Positions 9,859-18,706 are shown, counted from the stretch's first letter. The stretch: DNA of 46,829 nt from Kiritimatiellia bacterium (GCA_007130845.1 SLRP01000009.1:1-46829); one strand, 5' to 3'. The notes: generated by a model from the letters alone, not told the origin. A program made the numbers and translations.

Positions 9859-10647
9859 TTGAATAAAGATATATCGCCGATACTGAACGGGTGGGGTTAC
9901 GAGTCATCCAAGGTATCCGCCAGGTGGATCAAGGGCGAAGATGGAATCACAAAGATTCAGCTCAGACTGGATCTGGGCCTTTTCCAGATGGAAACAGAAG
10001 GCCGTCCGGACGGCAGCATGCCTCGCGGGTATCCATCATTGCTCGACTATTATACCACGCTGGAAAAAACGTCTTTGGGCAGGCCTTTTCCAAGGCTGAC
10101 CGAACTGGAATGTTCGGAGTTGCAGCAGGAGGCGGTTCAGTATTATTACCGGTATATTTCCCTGTATTCCCTGCGCCATTATGAGGGCGTGATAAGGGAT
10201 ACGCGTCATAATCTGCGCATTCTGGACCTGGTGGAGCGGTATGCCGACGACGAAGACATTGTTTGGGATTTTGTGCAGCACTACCCCTACGTTCGCATGA
10301 TGAATGCCAAGGCGGCAGCTGAGCAGTTCGTAGAAGGCAGCCGAAATGAATACGACATGGCAATATCGGCGGTGGAGGAAGCCATGGACGATATACGCGG
10401 TTTCTGGAAGAAGTACAACGATCCGGAATGGGAGACGGAGATGTCGAGCGATGAGGAGGAAACCCTTCAGGAACTTCTCGAGGATATACAGCAGCGGCGC
10501 CCGCGAAGCCGCGCCGAAATGATCCGTGAAGACATGGAGCGCGCCATTGCCGTGGAAAACTATGAAAAAGCCGCGAATCTGCGCGATGTTCTCAGGCGGA
10601 TCGACCGCAGGAACAAGAAGAAGGTCAGCCAGGATGTGACGTCCTGA
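9859..10647 (+). CDS. UvrB/UvrC (UVR) motif-containing protein of unknown function
   Basis: TTG start preceded by AAGGAG. The C-terminal AVENYEKAANLRDVLRRI matches the UVR motif. The middle is acidic and the tail is basic. Confidence 0.6.
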   Translation: MNKDISPILNGWGYESSKVSARWIKGEDGITKIQLRLDLGLFQMETEGRPDGSMPRGYPSLLDYYTTLEKTSLGRPFPRLTELECSELQQEAVQYYYRYISLYSLRHYEGVIRDTRHNLRILDLVERYADDEDIVWDFVQHYPYVRMMNAKAAAEQFVEGSRNEYDMAISAVEEAMDDIRGFWKKYNDPEWETEMSSDEEETLQELLEDIQQRRPRSRAEMIREDMERAIAVENYEKAANLRDVLRRIDRRNKKKVSQDVTS

Positions 10648-10668
10648 TTTTCCGGGCCACAAATCGTC

Positions 10669-11517
10669 ATGATAATTATTGAGCCTCACATTCATATGTT
10701 CTCCCGCACCACGGAGGACTACCAGACCATGTATGAACAGGGAATACGTGTTGCTGTAGAGCCCTCATTCTGGCTGGGATCTCCGCGGCGATACCCCGGA
10801 ACTTTCTGGGACTACTTCGAGTTGATTCTTGAGTTTGAGGCGCAGCGCGCCGAGCGATTTGGAATAGATCATTACGCCAATATCGCCGTGAATCCAAAGG
10901 AGGCCGAAAATGTTGAGCTTGCCATGGAAACCATCGACGGCATGGATCCCTACTGGGGGCACGAGAGATGTCTGGCAGTCGGAGAGATAGGGTATAATTT
11001 GATTACCCCCGGCGAGGAACAGGTTTTTCAGCGTCAGCTGGATATAGCTAAAGAACGGAACATGCTGGTCATGATACATACGCCGCACGACACTCCCCAG
11101 GTAAGCAAAAAGAAGGGTGTCGAGCGGACAATCGAAGTGCTCGAGGAGCTGAATTATGATCATGACCGGATAATAATAGATCATAACACGGAAGACACCA
11201 TGGCCCTGAGCCGCAAGGCGGATGTGTGGGCCGGCATGACCGTTTATCCGTATTCAAAGCTTAATCCCGTGCGAGCGATCGACATACTGAAAAAATGGGG
11301 CATAGAAAAAACGATGGTCAACAGCTCTGCTGACTGGGGCGTGTCGGATCCTGCGACCCTTCCTAAAATAGCGGGTCACATGAGGGAAAACGGTTTTTCA
11401 TCGAAGCAGATCGAGCGCCTGTTGTTTGAAAACCCGTTGAATTTCTATAAACAGAGCGGCAGATTCGATCCGCGCATTGATCTGCCGTTCATACATCCGA
11501 GCACGTATCAGAGGTGA
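10669..11517 (+). CDS. TatD-family metal-dependent hydrolase (EboB-like?)
   Basis: N-terminal EPHIHMFSRT (HxH metal motif), then internal VGEIGYN, MIHTPH and IIDHN motifs of the amidohydrolase/TatD fold. It starts 21 bp downstream of the preceding gene. Confidence 0.7.
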   Translation: MIIIEPHIHMFSRTTEDYQTMYEQGIRVAVEPSFWLGSPRRYPGTFWDYFELILEFEAQRAERFGIDHYANIAVNPKEAENVELAMETIDGMDPYWGHERCLAVGEIGYNLITPGEEQVFQRQLDIAKERNMLVMIHTPHDTPQVSKKKGVERTIEVLEELNYDHDRIIIDHNTEDTMALSRKADVWAGMTVYPYSKLNPVRAIDILKKWGIEKTMVNSSADWGVSDPATLPKIAGHMRENGFSSKQIERLLFENPLNFYKQSGRFDPRIDLPFIHPSTYQR

Positions 11518-11569
11518 TAAAACGGGGTTTTCTGTCAACCGCCCGTTTGCTGATGGTTAGTTCTTACTC

Positions 11570-12505
11570 ATGCATGAATCCAGCCAAGAATCCGATATAT
11601 CGGGCCCGGTGCGATCATGGCTGCAGTTGATCAGGGTTCCGAATCTTCTCACCGTCCCGGGAGATCCGCTTGCTGGATATATGCTTGCGGTTACGGCGGC
11701 GGGATTTTCTTTTCTTGAAGTATCAGGGGCCGTTATGGCTGCCCTCTGTTTTTACGTGGCCGGATTGATCATGAACGATTTGTACGACCTGGATGATGAT
11801 CAGAGAGAGCGGCCCGGCAGACCATTGCCTTCCGGACGAGTTGGTTTCACCCAGGTTGTTACTGTATGCTCGTTCCTCGTATTAATGGGCGCCGTTATCT
11901 GTTATGTGCTGGGAGCCGTAACGACATGGATAGGTCTGGCCCTCGTGGCGGCTATCATTGGATACAACAGGCATTTCAAGCACAAACCTGTTATCGGACC
12001 TGCATGCATGGGCCTGTGCCGGGGGTTGAGCTTCATGCTGGGTGTATCGGCTGCCCATCCGCCGGCAATGGCCTCCATGTCCGTGGTAATTTCGTTCGGG
12101 TTCATAACATTTTACATAGCGGCTGTGACCAGAATAGCGCGTACTGAAACTCATCGGCGTCCCGGTCCCATGGATGCGTGTATTCCCTTTACGGTGGTGC
12201 TCATAGGAGGGATGTCCTTTCTGTCGCTTGTTATGCGGTATATCGATCAGGGTATGGCAATGATGATCATCTTTGCGATGACAGCATTCTTAACAGGAAC
12301 CACGGCTTGGAGTTTATCAAGACGTCCCGGCAGCACCGAAGCAGTGCCGGGACATGTAGGCCGTCTCATAGGAGGCATTATACTAATTCAGTCTTTCCTT
12401 GTTTTAGGTTCAGGGGCTACAGAGGCAAGCTGGGGATTCGGGTCAATACTGCTTGCGTTATGGCCTGTTAACCGTTTACTCAGTAGATGGTTTTATGCGA
12501 GTTGA
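11570..12505 (+). CDS. UbiA-family aromatic/polyprenyl prenyltransferase (EboC-like?)
   Basis: About 8-9 TM helices. The first Asp-rich motif is NDLYDLDDD, followed by a basic loop (ERPGRPLPSGR). Confidence 0.8.
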   Translation: MHESSQESDISGPVRSWLQLIRVPNLLTVPGDPLAGYMLAVTAAGFSFLEVSGAVMAALCFYVAGLIMNDLYDLDDDQRERPGRPLPSGRVGFTQVVTVCSFLVLMGAVICYVLGAVTTWIGLALVAAIIGYNRHFKHKPVIGPACMGLCRGLSFMLGVSAAHPPAMASMSVVISFGFITFYIAAVTRIARTETHRRPGPMDACIPFTVVLIGGMSFLSLVMRYIDQGMAMMIIFAMTAFLTGTTAWSLSRRPGSTEAVPGHVGRLIGGIILIQSFLVLGSGATEASWGFGSILLALWPVNRLLSRWFYAS

Positions 12506-12511
12506 TATACG

Positions 12512-13813
12512 ATGAAAGGATCTGAAAAACTTCTGGTTATTGATGTTGCCGCATTGAGCGCCTCCATGGCTTACAAGTGGGAGCATCCTCCGGGCGGGTT
12601 GACGTTTCATGATATGGAACCCTCTTTTCCTGCGGTGACCTGCACCGCGCAGGCAACCTTCCGCACCGCCGGGCCGCCGTCTGAACACGGCATGATAGCA
12701 AACGGCCGCTACTTTCCGGAATTGAAGAAGTCGCTTTTCTGGGAACAGGCAGCCTCGCTTGTGGGCGGTCCGAGAATATGGGGTTCGTTCAGGGAAAGGG
12801 GTGGAAAAGTAGGCATTATGTTCTGGCAGCAGAGCCTTGGCGAGGGAGCGGATCTCATAGTGTCACCCAAACCCGTTCACAAGCACAGCGGAGGCATGAT
12901 TCAGGATTGCTATACGGAGCCTCATGATTTGTATAAGGAGCTTGTCAGGGAGATTGGAAGGCCTTTCAATCTGATGCATTATTGGGGGCCTCTTGCGTCA
13001 CGCAAATCTAGCGAATGGATAGTTGAGGCAACCTGCCTGGTTATGGAACGGGAGGAATGGGCTCCTGACCTTTTGCTGACGTATCTTCCTCATCTGGATT
13101 ACGACCTGCAGGGCAGCGGCCCGGACAGCAGAAAAGGCAATAAAGCCCTGCGGGCGCTTGGAGAACTGCTTGATCGGCTCTGCGATAAGGCGCGCGCCAG
13201 GAATTATGAAATTCTCATTTTCGGAGATTACGCAATAGGACCTGTTACCGTCGGCGCGGTATTTCCAAACAGGTTGCTGCGCGAATCCGGGTTGTTCAAG
13301 GTGCGCGAAGTAAGGCATATGGCGTATCCCGACCTTTTCTCCAGCCGTGCCTTCGCAATGGTGGATCATGAAATTGCGCATGTATATGTTACGGATAAGG
13401 GAATTCTGGAGAATGTCCGGAGCATATTTGAAGGTGCTAAAGGTATAGGGGAAGTGCTTGACCGGGAAGGGCGCGCCGCCCGGGGGATTGACCACCCCAA
13501 CAGCGGAGACCTGGTTCTGGTGGCGGAAGAAGGGAGCTGGTTCGCTTATCCGTGGTGGTCTAACCGTAAGGAGGCGCCCGATTTCGCCACCCATGTTGAT
13601 ATACATAATAAGCCGGGATTCGACCCCTGCGAACTGTTTTTCGGGTGGCCCCCGGGTACGGTAAGCCTTGACACAGGCAAGGTGCGCGGTACGCACGGCA
13701 GGACAGGCCCGGGAAGGGAAACCGCCTGGGCATCGACTTTGGATTTGAAACCCGAGCCAGCCAATATGGTTGAATTGAGCAGGGCGGTGCAGCACAGGCT
13801 GGACGGATGCTGA
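12512..13813 (+). CDS. Alkaline phosphatase / nucleotide pyrophosphatase-phosphodiesterase superfamily protein, cytoplasmic (EboF-like?)
   Basis: LLVIDVAALS near the N-terminus, FPAVTCTAQATFRTAG (Thr nucleophile context), a later GDYA motif and His residues. No signal peptide. It starts 6 bp after the UbiA stop. Confidence 0.6.
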   Translation: MKGSEKLLVIDVAALSASMAYKWEHPPGGLTFHDMEPSFPAVTCTAQATFRTAGPPSEHGMIANGRYFPELKKSLFWEQAASLVGGPRIWGSFRERGGKVGIMFWQQSLGEGADLIVSPKPVHKHSGGMIQDCYTEPHDLYKELVREIGRPFNLMHYWGPLASRKSSEWIVEATCLVMEREEWAPDLLLTYLPHLDYDLQGSGPDSRKGNKALRALGELLDRLCDKARARNYEILIFGDYAIGPVTVGAVFPNRLLRESGLFKVREVRHMAYPDLFSSRAFAMVDHEIAHVYVTDKGILENVRSIFEGAKGIGEVLDREGRAARGIDHPNSGDLVLVAEEGSWFAYPWWSNRKEAPDFATHVDIHNKPGFDPCELFFGWPPGTVSLDTGKVRGTHGRTGPGRETAWASTLDLKPEPANMVELSRAVQHRLDGC

Positions 13814-13817
13814 TCGA

Positions 13818-13847
13818 TTGAATTGTCAAGGCCGTTTCCTCTATACT
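13818..13847 (+). promoter_or_regulatory. Candidate sigma70 promoter (TTGAAT-18 nt-TATACT)
   Basis: TTGAAT at 13818-13823 and TATACT at 13842-13847, about 70 nt upstream of the GTG start at 13919. Confidence 0.35.
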
Positions 13848-13918
13848 CTTGCCTTATGACTGGTGTATCTTATCGTATGATATGATGTAATTCCCATCAA
13901 TAATTAGGAGGGTGTTTC

Positions 13919-14380
13919 GTGGAAGAAAGAAATGCGACTCCATCGGCGGAAATAGCGGATAGTGATATAATATTTGAATGTCCTCATTGTGCTAAAAGCA
14001 TGGCCATAGACCAGCGGGGCGCCGGCCTTATGATCACTTGTCCTGATTGCGCAACGCGCATTCAGGTTCCCGAATCCACAAGTATTGATGAAGAGGAATC
14101 AGCGGAGGCACGGACGGAAGCGGTTTCAGACCGGCAAAGCCGCAATCTTGCCGAGGCATTAAAAGCTTCAAGGGCCAAGGTTTCGCAGTTAATGGAAGGT
14201 ATGGAGGAAATGCGCCGCCGCCGAAGCTATCTTGAACGCCTTCGTTCCGACAACCTGGCCAGGTTCGAAAAGCTTAGCGAGGAGATAGCTGTTATTCAGT
14301 CGGCGCTCGACCGCATGGTCAGCCTGCTTCAGGATGCGGTTTCGGAATCATCCGATCCCTCGGAAAACGAGTGGAAATAG
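13919..14380 (+). CDS. Zinc-ribbon plus coiled-coil protein
   Basis: GTG start 7 nt after AGGAGGG. CPHC...CPDC zinc ribbon (FECPHCAKSMAID...ITCPDCATRIQVP), followed by a heptad-like helical region. Confidence 0.65.
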   Translation: MEERNATPSAEIADSDIIFECPHCAKSMAIDQRGAGLMITCPDCATRIQVPESTSIDEEESAEARTEAVSDRQSRNLAEALKASRAKVSQLMEGMEEMRRRRSYLERLRSDNLARFEKLSEEIAVIQSALDRMVSLLQDAVSESSDPSENEWK

Positions 14381-14403
14381 CATTGTACAGGAAGCCATCT
14401 CAT

Positions 14404-15075
14404 ATGAAACCAGTTGTTGCAGGTTTGATATATGTCATATCAATGGTGCTTGTACTGCATTCGGACGCGGCGGTTCCCTCGCTGGATCGTTACCGTGTCA
14501 TCCTCGAGCGAAAACCTTTCGGCGATCCTCCGCCTGAATCCATTGAGCCGTCTCCAAGCACTATAACGGCTGACGAATCATTTACGCGTCATATACGGGT
14601 ATCGGCCATGTTGGAAATGGAAGACGGCAGTGTGCGTGTAGGCATTGTGGATGTTCAAAACAACGATAATTATTTCCTGGCAGTGGGTGAAACCCGTAAC
14701 GGGCTGGAGCTGGTTTCGGCAGATTATGAGAATGAAGAGGCCGTATTGAAGAAGGGTCTGGAAATGGCGGTTGTAAAGCTGAAGGCAGGCGAGGTGCAAA
14801 TCATTCAGCCGCATGAACAGAGCGCCAGATTAAGGGAAGCGCGTGATCGCAGGCCCACGACGTATGAGGAGCGGCGCCGTGCGCGCGCCGAACGAATGCA
14901 GTCTGATCAACGCGACCCGCCTCAGCCTGTATATTCAGGGGAGGAACTGGAGCGCCATCTTAGAGATTACCAGATGGAAGTTATACGGCAGGGGCTGCCG
15001 CCTCTGCCCATTCCGCTCACAGAAGATATGGACCGGCAATTGGTTGAAGAGGGCGTTCTTCCCCCAATGGATTGA
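14404..15075 (+). CDS. Membrane-anchored hypothetical protein (N-terminal TM, charged Arg/Glu segment, Pro-rich C-terminus)
   Basis: MKPVVAGLIYVISMVLVLH anchor, with AGGAAG 9 nt upstream. I recognised no family. Confidence 0.55.
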   Translation: MKPVVAGLIYVISMVLVLHSDAAVPSLDRYRVILERKPFGDPPPESIEPSPSTITADESFTRHIRVSAMLEMEDGSVRVGIVDVQNNDNYFLAVGETRNGLELVSADYENEEAVLKKGLEMAVVKLKAGEVQIIQPHEQSARLREARDRRPTTYEERRRARAERMQSDQRDPPQPVYSGEELERHLRDYQMEVIRQGLPPLPIPLTEDMDRQLVEEGVLPPMD

Positions 15076-15089
15076 TAATGGCCGGCATA

Positions 15090-15608
15090 TCATGTGGGCG
15101 CTTGACCGGGAGCAGGATCAGGTTCGGGTTCAGGTTCCGGCCCGGGTTCAGGTTCCGGCAAGGGTTCTACCGTGGCCGTGCCGAGAAATGTGGAGAAAAG
15201 CGTGGGTTCGGCCCACGTCCCCCTCATCGTGGATGTTGTGCCTTCAACAGTGAATGATCCGGACATGATTCCTTCAGCGCCGGCAGTGGTATTTCCCTTG
15301 AGATTGAATGTTGCCGATGCACTTCCGCCCTCCATGGTTACCCGTCCTATATTTCCCCTGAAAACCAAGCCGTTGTTGTCCACGGCCTGAAGACGGTCTC
15401 CGTCCTGAATGACATTCAGTTCACTAATTGGCGCGCCGCTGTTCTGTCGTACCAAGGGCCCGTTTCCCCGATACAATCCGCTTATGTTTACACCAACGCC
15501 CCGAACCGCTGAATCCCCGGATTGTATGCGGCATCCCAGAAAAAAAACGGTGGATAGCAGCAACGATGCGCTTATGAGGCAACCCATTGCACGCCATGAT
15601 CTCATCAT
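15090..15608 (-). CDS. Probable lipoprotein with a C-terminal Pro/Glu repeat
   Basis: Signal sequence ending in a FFLGC lipobox-like site. Gly/Thr-rich beta-type body. C-terminal PLPEPEPGPEPEPEPDPAPG. Confidence 0.55.
   Translation of the reverse strand: MMRSWRAMGCLISASLLLSTVFFLGCRIQSGDSAVRGVGVNISGLYRGNGPLVRQNSGAPISELNVIQDGDRLQAVDNNGLVFRGNIGRVTMEGGSASATFNLKGNTTAGAEGIMSGSFTVEGTTSTMRGTWAEPTLFSTFLGTATVEPLPEPEPGPEPEPEPDPAPGQAPT
15119..15167. repeat. Imperfect 18-bp tandem duplication (GGGTTCAGGTTCCGGCNN x2 plus partial copies) inside a CDS
   Basis: 15126-15143 and 15144-15161 are identical at 16 of 18 positions, and GGTTC hexamer-like units flank them. On the minus strand this encodes the PEPEP tail of the lipoprotein. 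Confidence 0.8.
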
Positions 15609-15725
15609 AAATCCGCCCTTTCCTTAACACCCGGTTGCCTATAATATGTACTGTTTACAACCCGAAGTAAACAGCCAACATGCAGTAGTGTCAATGTGAA
15701 GTATGGAACAGGAATAAGAAACATA

Positions 15726-16277
15726 ATGAAATCCCATAATATTCAGAATATCCTCTTCAGCGAACAGCAGATCCGGAAGCGGGTGGACGAACTGGTCGTC
15801 AAGATGGCCGGCGATTGCAGGAGCGATAATTTTGTAATGATAGGGATACTTCGCGGGAGCTTTGTGTTTCTGGCCGATCTTGTTAGAGATCTCTATGAAC
15901 ATGATATCCATCCGAGAATTGACTTCATGACCCTTGAAAGTTACGGGCGGGGAATGGTTTCCTCTGGGACGGTAAGGGTCACCAAGGATATATCAGTGGA
16001 TGTCGGGGGGGCGGACATACTGCTGGTGGACGATATACTTGATACCGGGCGAACCCTGACTTTTGCCTTGCAGCTCATGAAGGATAAGGGTGCGAAATCC
16101 GTAAAGTCATGCGTTCTTCTTGATAAACCCAGTCGCAGGGCCGTTCCGGTCAAGGCGGACTATGCGGGCTTCACTATCGACGACGTTTTCGTGGTAGGAT
16201 ACGGCTTGGATTATGACAGCTATTACCGCGAGCTGCCATACATTGCTTCCGTAACCACGGTTGAGGATGATGCATAA
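15726..16277 (+). CDS. hpt: Hypoxanthine phosphoribosyltransferase
   Basis: PRPP-binding motif ILLVDDILDTGRTL and YGLDYD near the C-terminus. Start at MKSHNIQNILFSEQQI. Confidence 0.9.
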   Translation: MKSHNIQNILFSEQQIRKRVDELVVKMAGDCRSDNFVMIGILRGSFVFLADLVRDLYEHDIHPRIDFMTLESYGRGMVSSGTVRVTKDISVDVGGADILLVDDILDTGRTLTFALQLMKDKGAKSVKSCVLLDKPSRRAVPVKADYAGFTIDDVFVVGYGLDYDSYYRELPYIASVTTVEDDA

Positions 16278-16339
16278 CAACCGGATAGGTTGATGCATGC
16301 GACGCAGTATTCATACATCATGTGAAAGTCTGTGTCAGG

Positions 16340-16936
16340 TCAATCAACAAGATCGATAAGATCATGAACGCCGGAATCCTGTTTCCCGTTTCCAGTTTCC
16401 TTCGCTTCTGTTTGCTGCTGTCCGTCGGCTTTCCTTCTCTTTGGTCTGCGTCCTCGTCGTGTGCCGCGGTTGCGGTCGCCGTTCGAGATTCCGCCGTTGT
16501 CCATGGCCTTGCGGAGTGTGGAAAGACGCATTACCTGGCACCCTGCCTCCAGCAAGTGTTTTTCCAGTTCCCGGTCGGATGTAATGACTGTGACCGCCTT
16601 CCGGCCTCTGCGCTTGTCAAACAGCGAAATAATCCTGTCTGGAATGCCGGATGCCTTGTCGGCGTAATGGACTTCCACGCCGTTGTAATTCGAACCATCG
16701 GCGGCTTCGTTAAGCGGGCGTCCTTCGAAGACAGCCAATGCGGCTATTTTCTCCCTTTCCACAAAACGAGAAATCCGCTGCAATGCCTTGAACTGATCCC
16801 TGGGTGACGGGCTGTTACGACCGCCGTTAGTTCCTGCCATTTGTCTGGTATCAAAGATATATAAACGGTCATTGGAATCATCCCCCTTTATTGCACCGCC
16901 TGTGATGGCACTTCTCAACTTCTCAATAAAATTCAT
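16340..16936 (-). CDS. YacP-like NYN-domain protein (predicted RNase) with a basic C-terminal tail
   Basis: The pattern LYIFD...ALAVFEG...EVHYADKASGIPDRII...VTVITSDRELE resembles the YacP/Rae1-type NYN fold. The tail is RNRGTRRGRRPKRRK. Confidence 0.5.
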   Translation of the reverse strand: MNFIEKLRSAITGGAIKGDDSNDRLYIFDTRQMAGTNGGRNSPSPRDQFKALQRISRFVEREKIAALAVFEGRPLNEAADGSNYNGVEVHYADKASGIPDRIISLFDKRRGRKAVTVITSDRELEKHLLEAGCQVMRLSTLRKAMDNGGISNGDRNRGTRRGRRPKRRKADGQQQTEAKETGNGKQDSGVHDLIDLVD

Positions 16937-17255
16937 ACAAACTCCCGGTTAATAATTCCTTCAATTTTCGCCCGGCTCATTACAGGCATTCGCAAAACGT
17001 GAATCCGGCAGCGATCAGCGCCAGGGTGTTGCCTTTATCAGTCGGCAGGCAGATAATGCCGAGCCGTCCACCGACCAATACATACTACAAGGTAACAGCA
17101 CGGCATTCAAGCGCATCGAACACTGTCCCTGCTTCATTCCTGCGTAATCCGTGCATATTCGGACTTTTAAACAAAGTAATGGATACCGTAGCGCCGTTAT
17201 TTCAACGCCCCTAGTGTATTGACGTGTTGTAACGAGTGGTCTAGGGTCGAAAATA

Positions 17256-17954
17256 ATGGCAGTTCAAGAGACATATTCCATTCGTTGTCCAAAATGCGGA
17301 CGTGATCAGGAGGCATTACTGTATGAATCGGTAAATGTTACGGAATCCCCGGAATTGCGTGACATCTTGATGGCCAATGAGCTTAACGCGGTAACATGTG
17401 AACAGTGCGGTTTCTCTTTCCGAGTAGATAAGAAACTGCTGTATCATGATGCTGATCAAGGCATAATGATTTATTGGTTTCCAGAGGGTGCGGATGCGTC
17501 CGGTGATCAGCAACAACAATTCATGGACACTCTCAGGGCGCTGAATGATCTTCTGCCGGACGGAATGGATGCGCCGAACGTGCATCTGGTGTACAGCCGC
17601 ATGGAACTGGTCGAGAGGATCTTTCTGCTGGAGGCGGGATTGAATGAGCGAATCATAGAATATGTGAAAACCATAATCTATTCTCGAAATATGGAGCAGA
17701 TCAATCCCGCTGAAAAGGTGCTGTTGTTTAATGCTGAGGATTCCACGGACGAATGGCTGTGCTTTGTTGTTCAGGATCTGGAAAGCTTGAAGCTGGAAGG
17801 AATGTTGCAGTTCAGCCGTGAGGCATACGAAGGTTTATCCGAGATGTTTGACCAGGACGACCAGACTGGACGATTGATGGAGCTGTTCCCCGGCCCGTAC
17901 ATAAGCGGCCGCGAGTTCATGCTGCGCGAAGGCGAAGGGTACGAGAAATTGTAG
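17256..17954 (+). CDS. CpXC domain-containing protein
   Basis: CPKCG...(about 32 aa)...CEQCG arrangement (IRCPKCGRDQEALLYESVN...VTCEQCGFSFRVD), characteristic of the CpXC domain. Confidence 0.7.
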   Translation: MAVQETYSIRCPKCGRDQEALLYESVNVTESPELRDILMANELNAVTCEQCGFSFRVDKKLLYHDADQGIMIYWFPEGADASGDQQQQFMDTLRALNDLLPDGMDAPNVHLVYSRMELVERIFLLEAGLNERIIEYVKTIIYSRNMEQINPAEKVLLFNAEDSTDEWLCFVVQDLESLKLEGMLQFSREAYEGLSEMFDQDDQTGRLMELFPGPYISGREFMLREGEGYEKL

Positions 17955-18019
17955 GTCGTGCAAAGGGGTTGCCAGCGGGATCAAGAATTTCATATAAGCC
18001 GGGCCAATGCCGCATTGGA

Positions 18020-18706
18020 CTAATCCGTTTCTTGTGCCTTCCTCTTCTTCCTCTCCGTATGGAGAAGGGCTGTTTCAGCCTCGGACAACCATGGGCTTTC
18101 CGGATTTTCATCGATAAATTTCTCGTAAATTCCTATAGCCTCTTCATGTCTCCCTTCAAGGCTCATGCATCGCGCCCTTCCCATGATTGCAAGCGGCGCC
18201 ATATAGTGATCTGGATACTGCTCGGCAAACTCTGAAAATGATTCCAGCGCCTTGTCGATAAGGCCCATTGCTTCATGGCTATATGCCAACCCTATCCTGG
18301 CGTCCGCCGCCATATCATGGGTTGGATATTTTTCAAGGAAACGCGTGTAATGATCGAGCGCCTGTTCATACCGGGCATTTCGAAAATGCTCCGCCGCCAG
18401 GCTTTGAAGGGCCATTGGAGCGGCATCGGTGTCCCCGTATTCGGCAAGGATGTGTTCCAGATCCTCCACGGAAGTCGCACGAGTCAACAATGCGGTTGCC
18501 CTTGCCTGTTCGGTGTGCTGCATGTACTGGTAGGCCGTGTACCCAATGAAGATCGCCAGGGCCAGCACAATGCCTACCGCGACGGGCTTGCCGTACTCGC
18601 GAAGTACGTCTGTTATGTTCTCGATTTCCGGAGAAACGTGTTTTTCTATATGCTTTGTTATTGATTTATCCTTGTTTCCGGATTCTGGAAATGATTTTTC
18701 GGGCAT
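18020..18706 (-). CDS. Membrane-anchored tetratricopeptide-repeat protein (YfgM/YbgF-like)
   Basis: One TM helix (VAVGIVLALAIFIGYTAY) followed by TPR-like repeats (ALDHYTRFLEKYPTH, ALESFSEFAEQYPDH, AIGIYEKFIDENPES). Start at MPEKSF (ATG 18706-18704). Confidence 0.7.
   Translation of the reverse strand: MPEKSFPESGNKDKSITKHIEKHVSPEIENITDVLREYGKPVAVGIVLALAIFIGYTAYQYMQHTEQARATALLTRATSVEDLEHILAEYGDTDAAPMALQSLAAEHFRNARYEQALDHYTRFLEKYPTHDMAADARIGLAYSHEAMGLIDKALESFSEFAEQYPDHYMAPLAIMGRARCMSLEGRHEEAIGIYEKFIDENPESPWLSEAETALLHTERKKRKAQETD

Noticed and set aside
10036-10695. 219-aa minus-strand ORF. Other antisense ORFs of the same kind are 12998..13795, 18920..19603, 35837..36511, 36120..36620, 38095..38637, 40214..40888 and 23188..23730.
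   Set aside because: Each is fully embedded opposite a gene with strong motif support and shows shadow-ORF composition.
15119-15167. GGTTC-type short tandem repeats as a possible CRISPR, VNTR or regulatory array. A similar CCGGAGC/CCGGGG-rich stretch lies at 5037..5110.
   Set aside because: Both are in frame inside CDSs and simply encode Pro/Glu linkers. No spacer-repeat architecture is present.
16999-17214. 71-aa ORF in the NYN / CpXC intergenic region.
   Set aside because: It has no RBS and an odd composition, and it lies in a divergent promoter region. It is probably non-coding.
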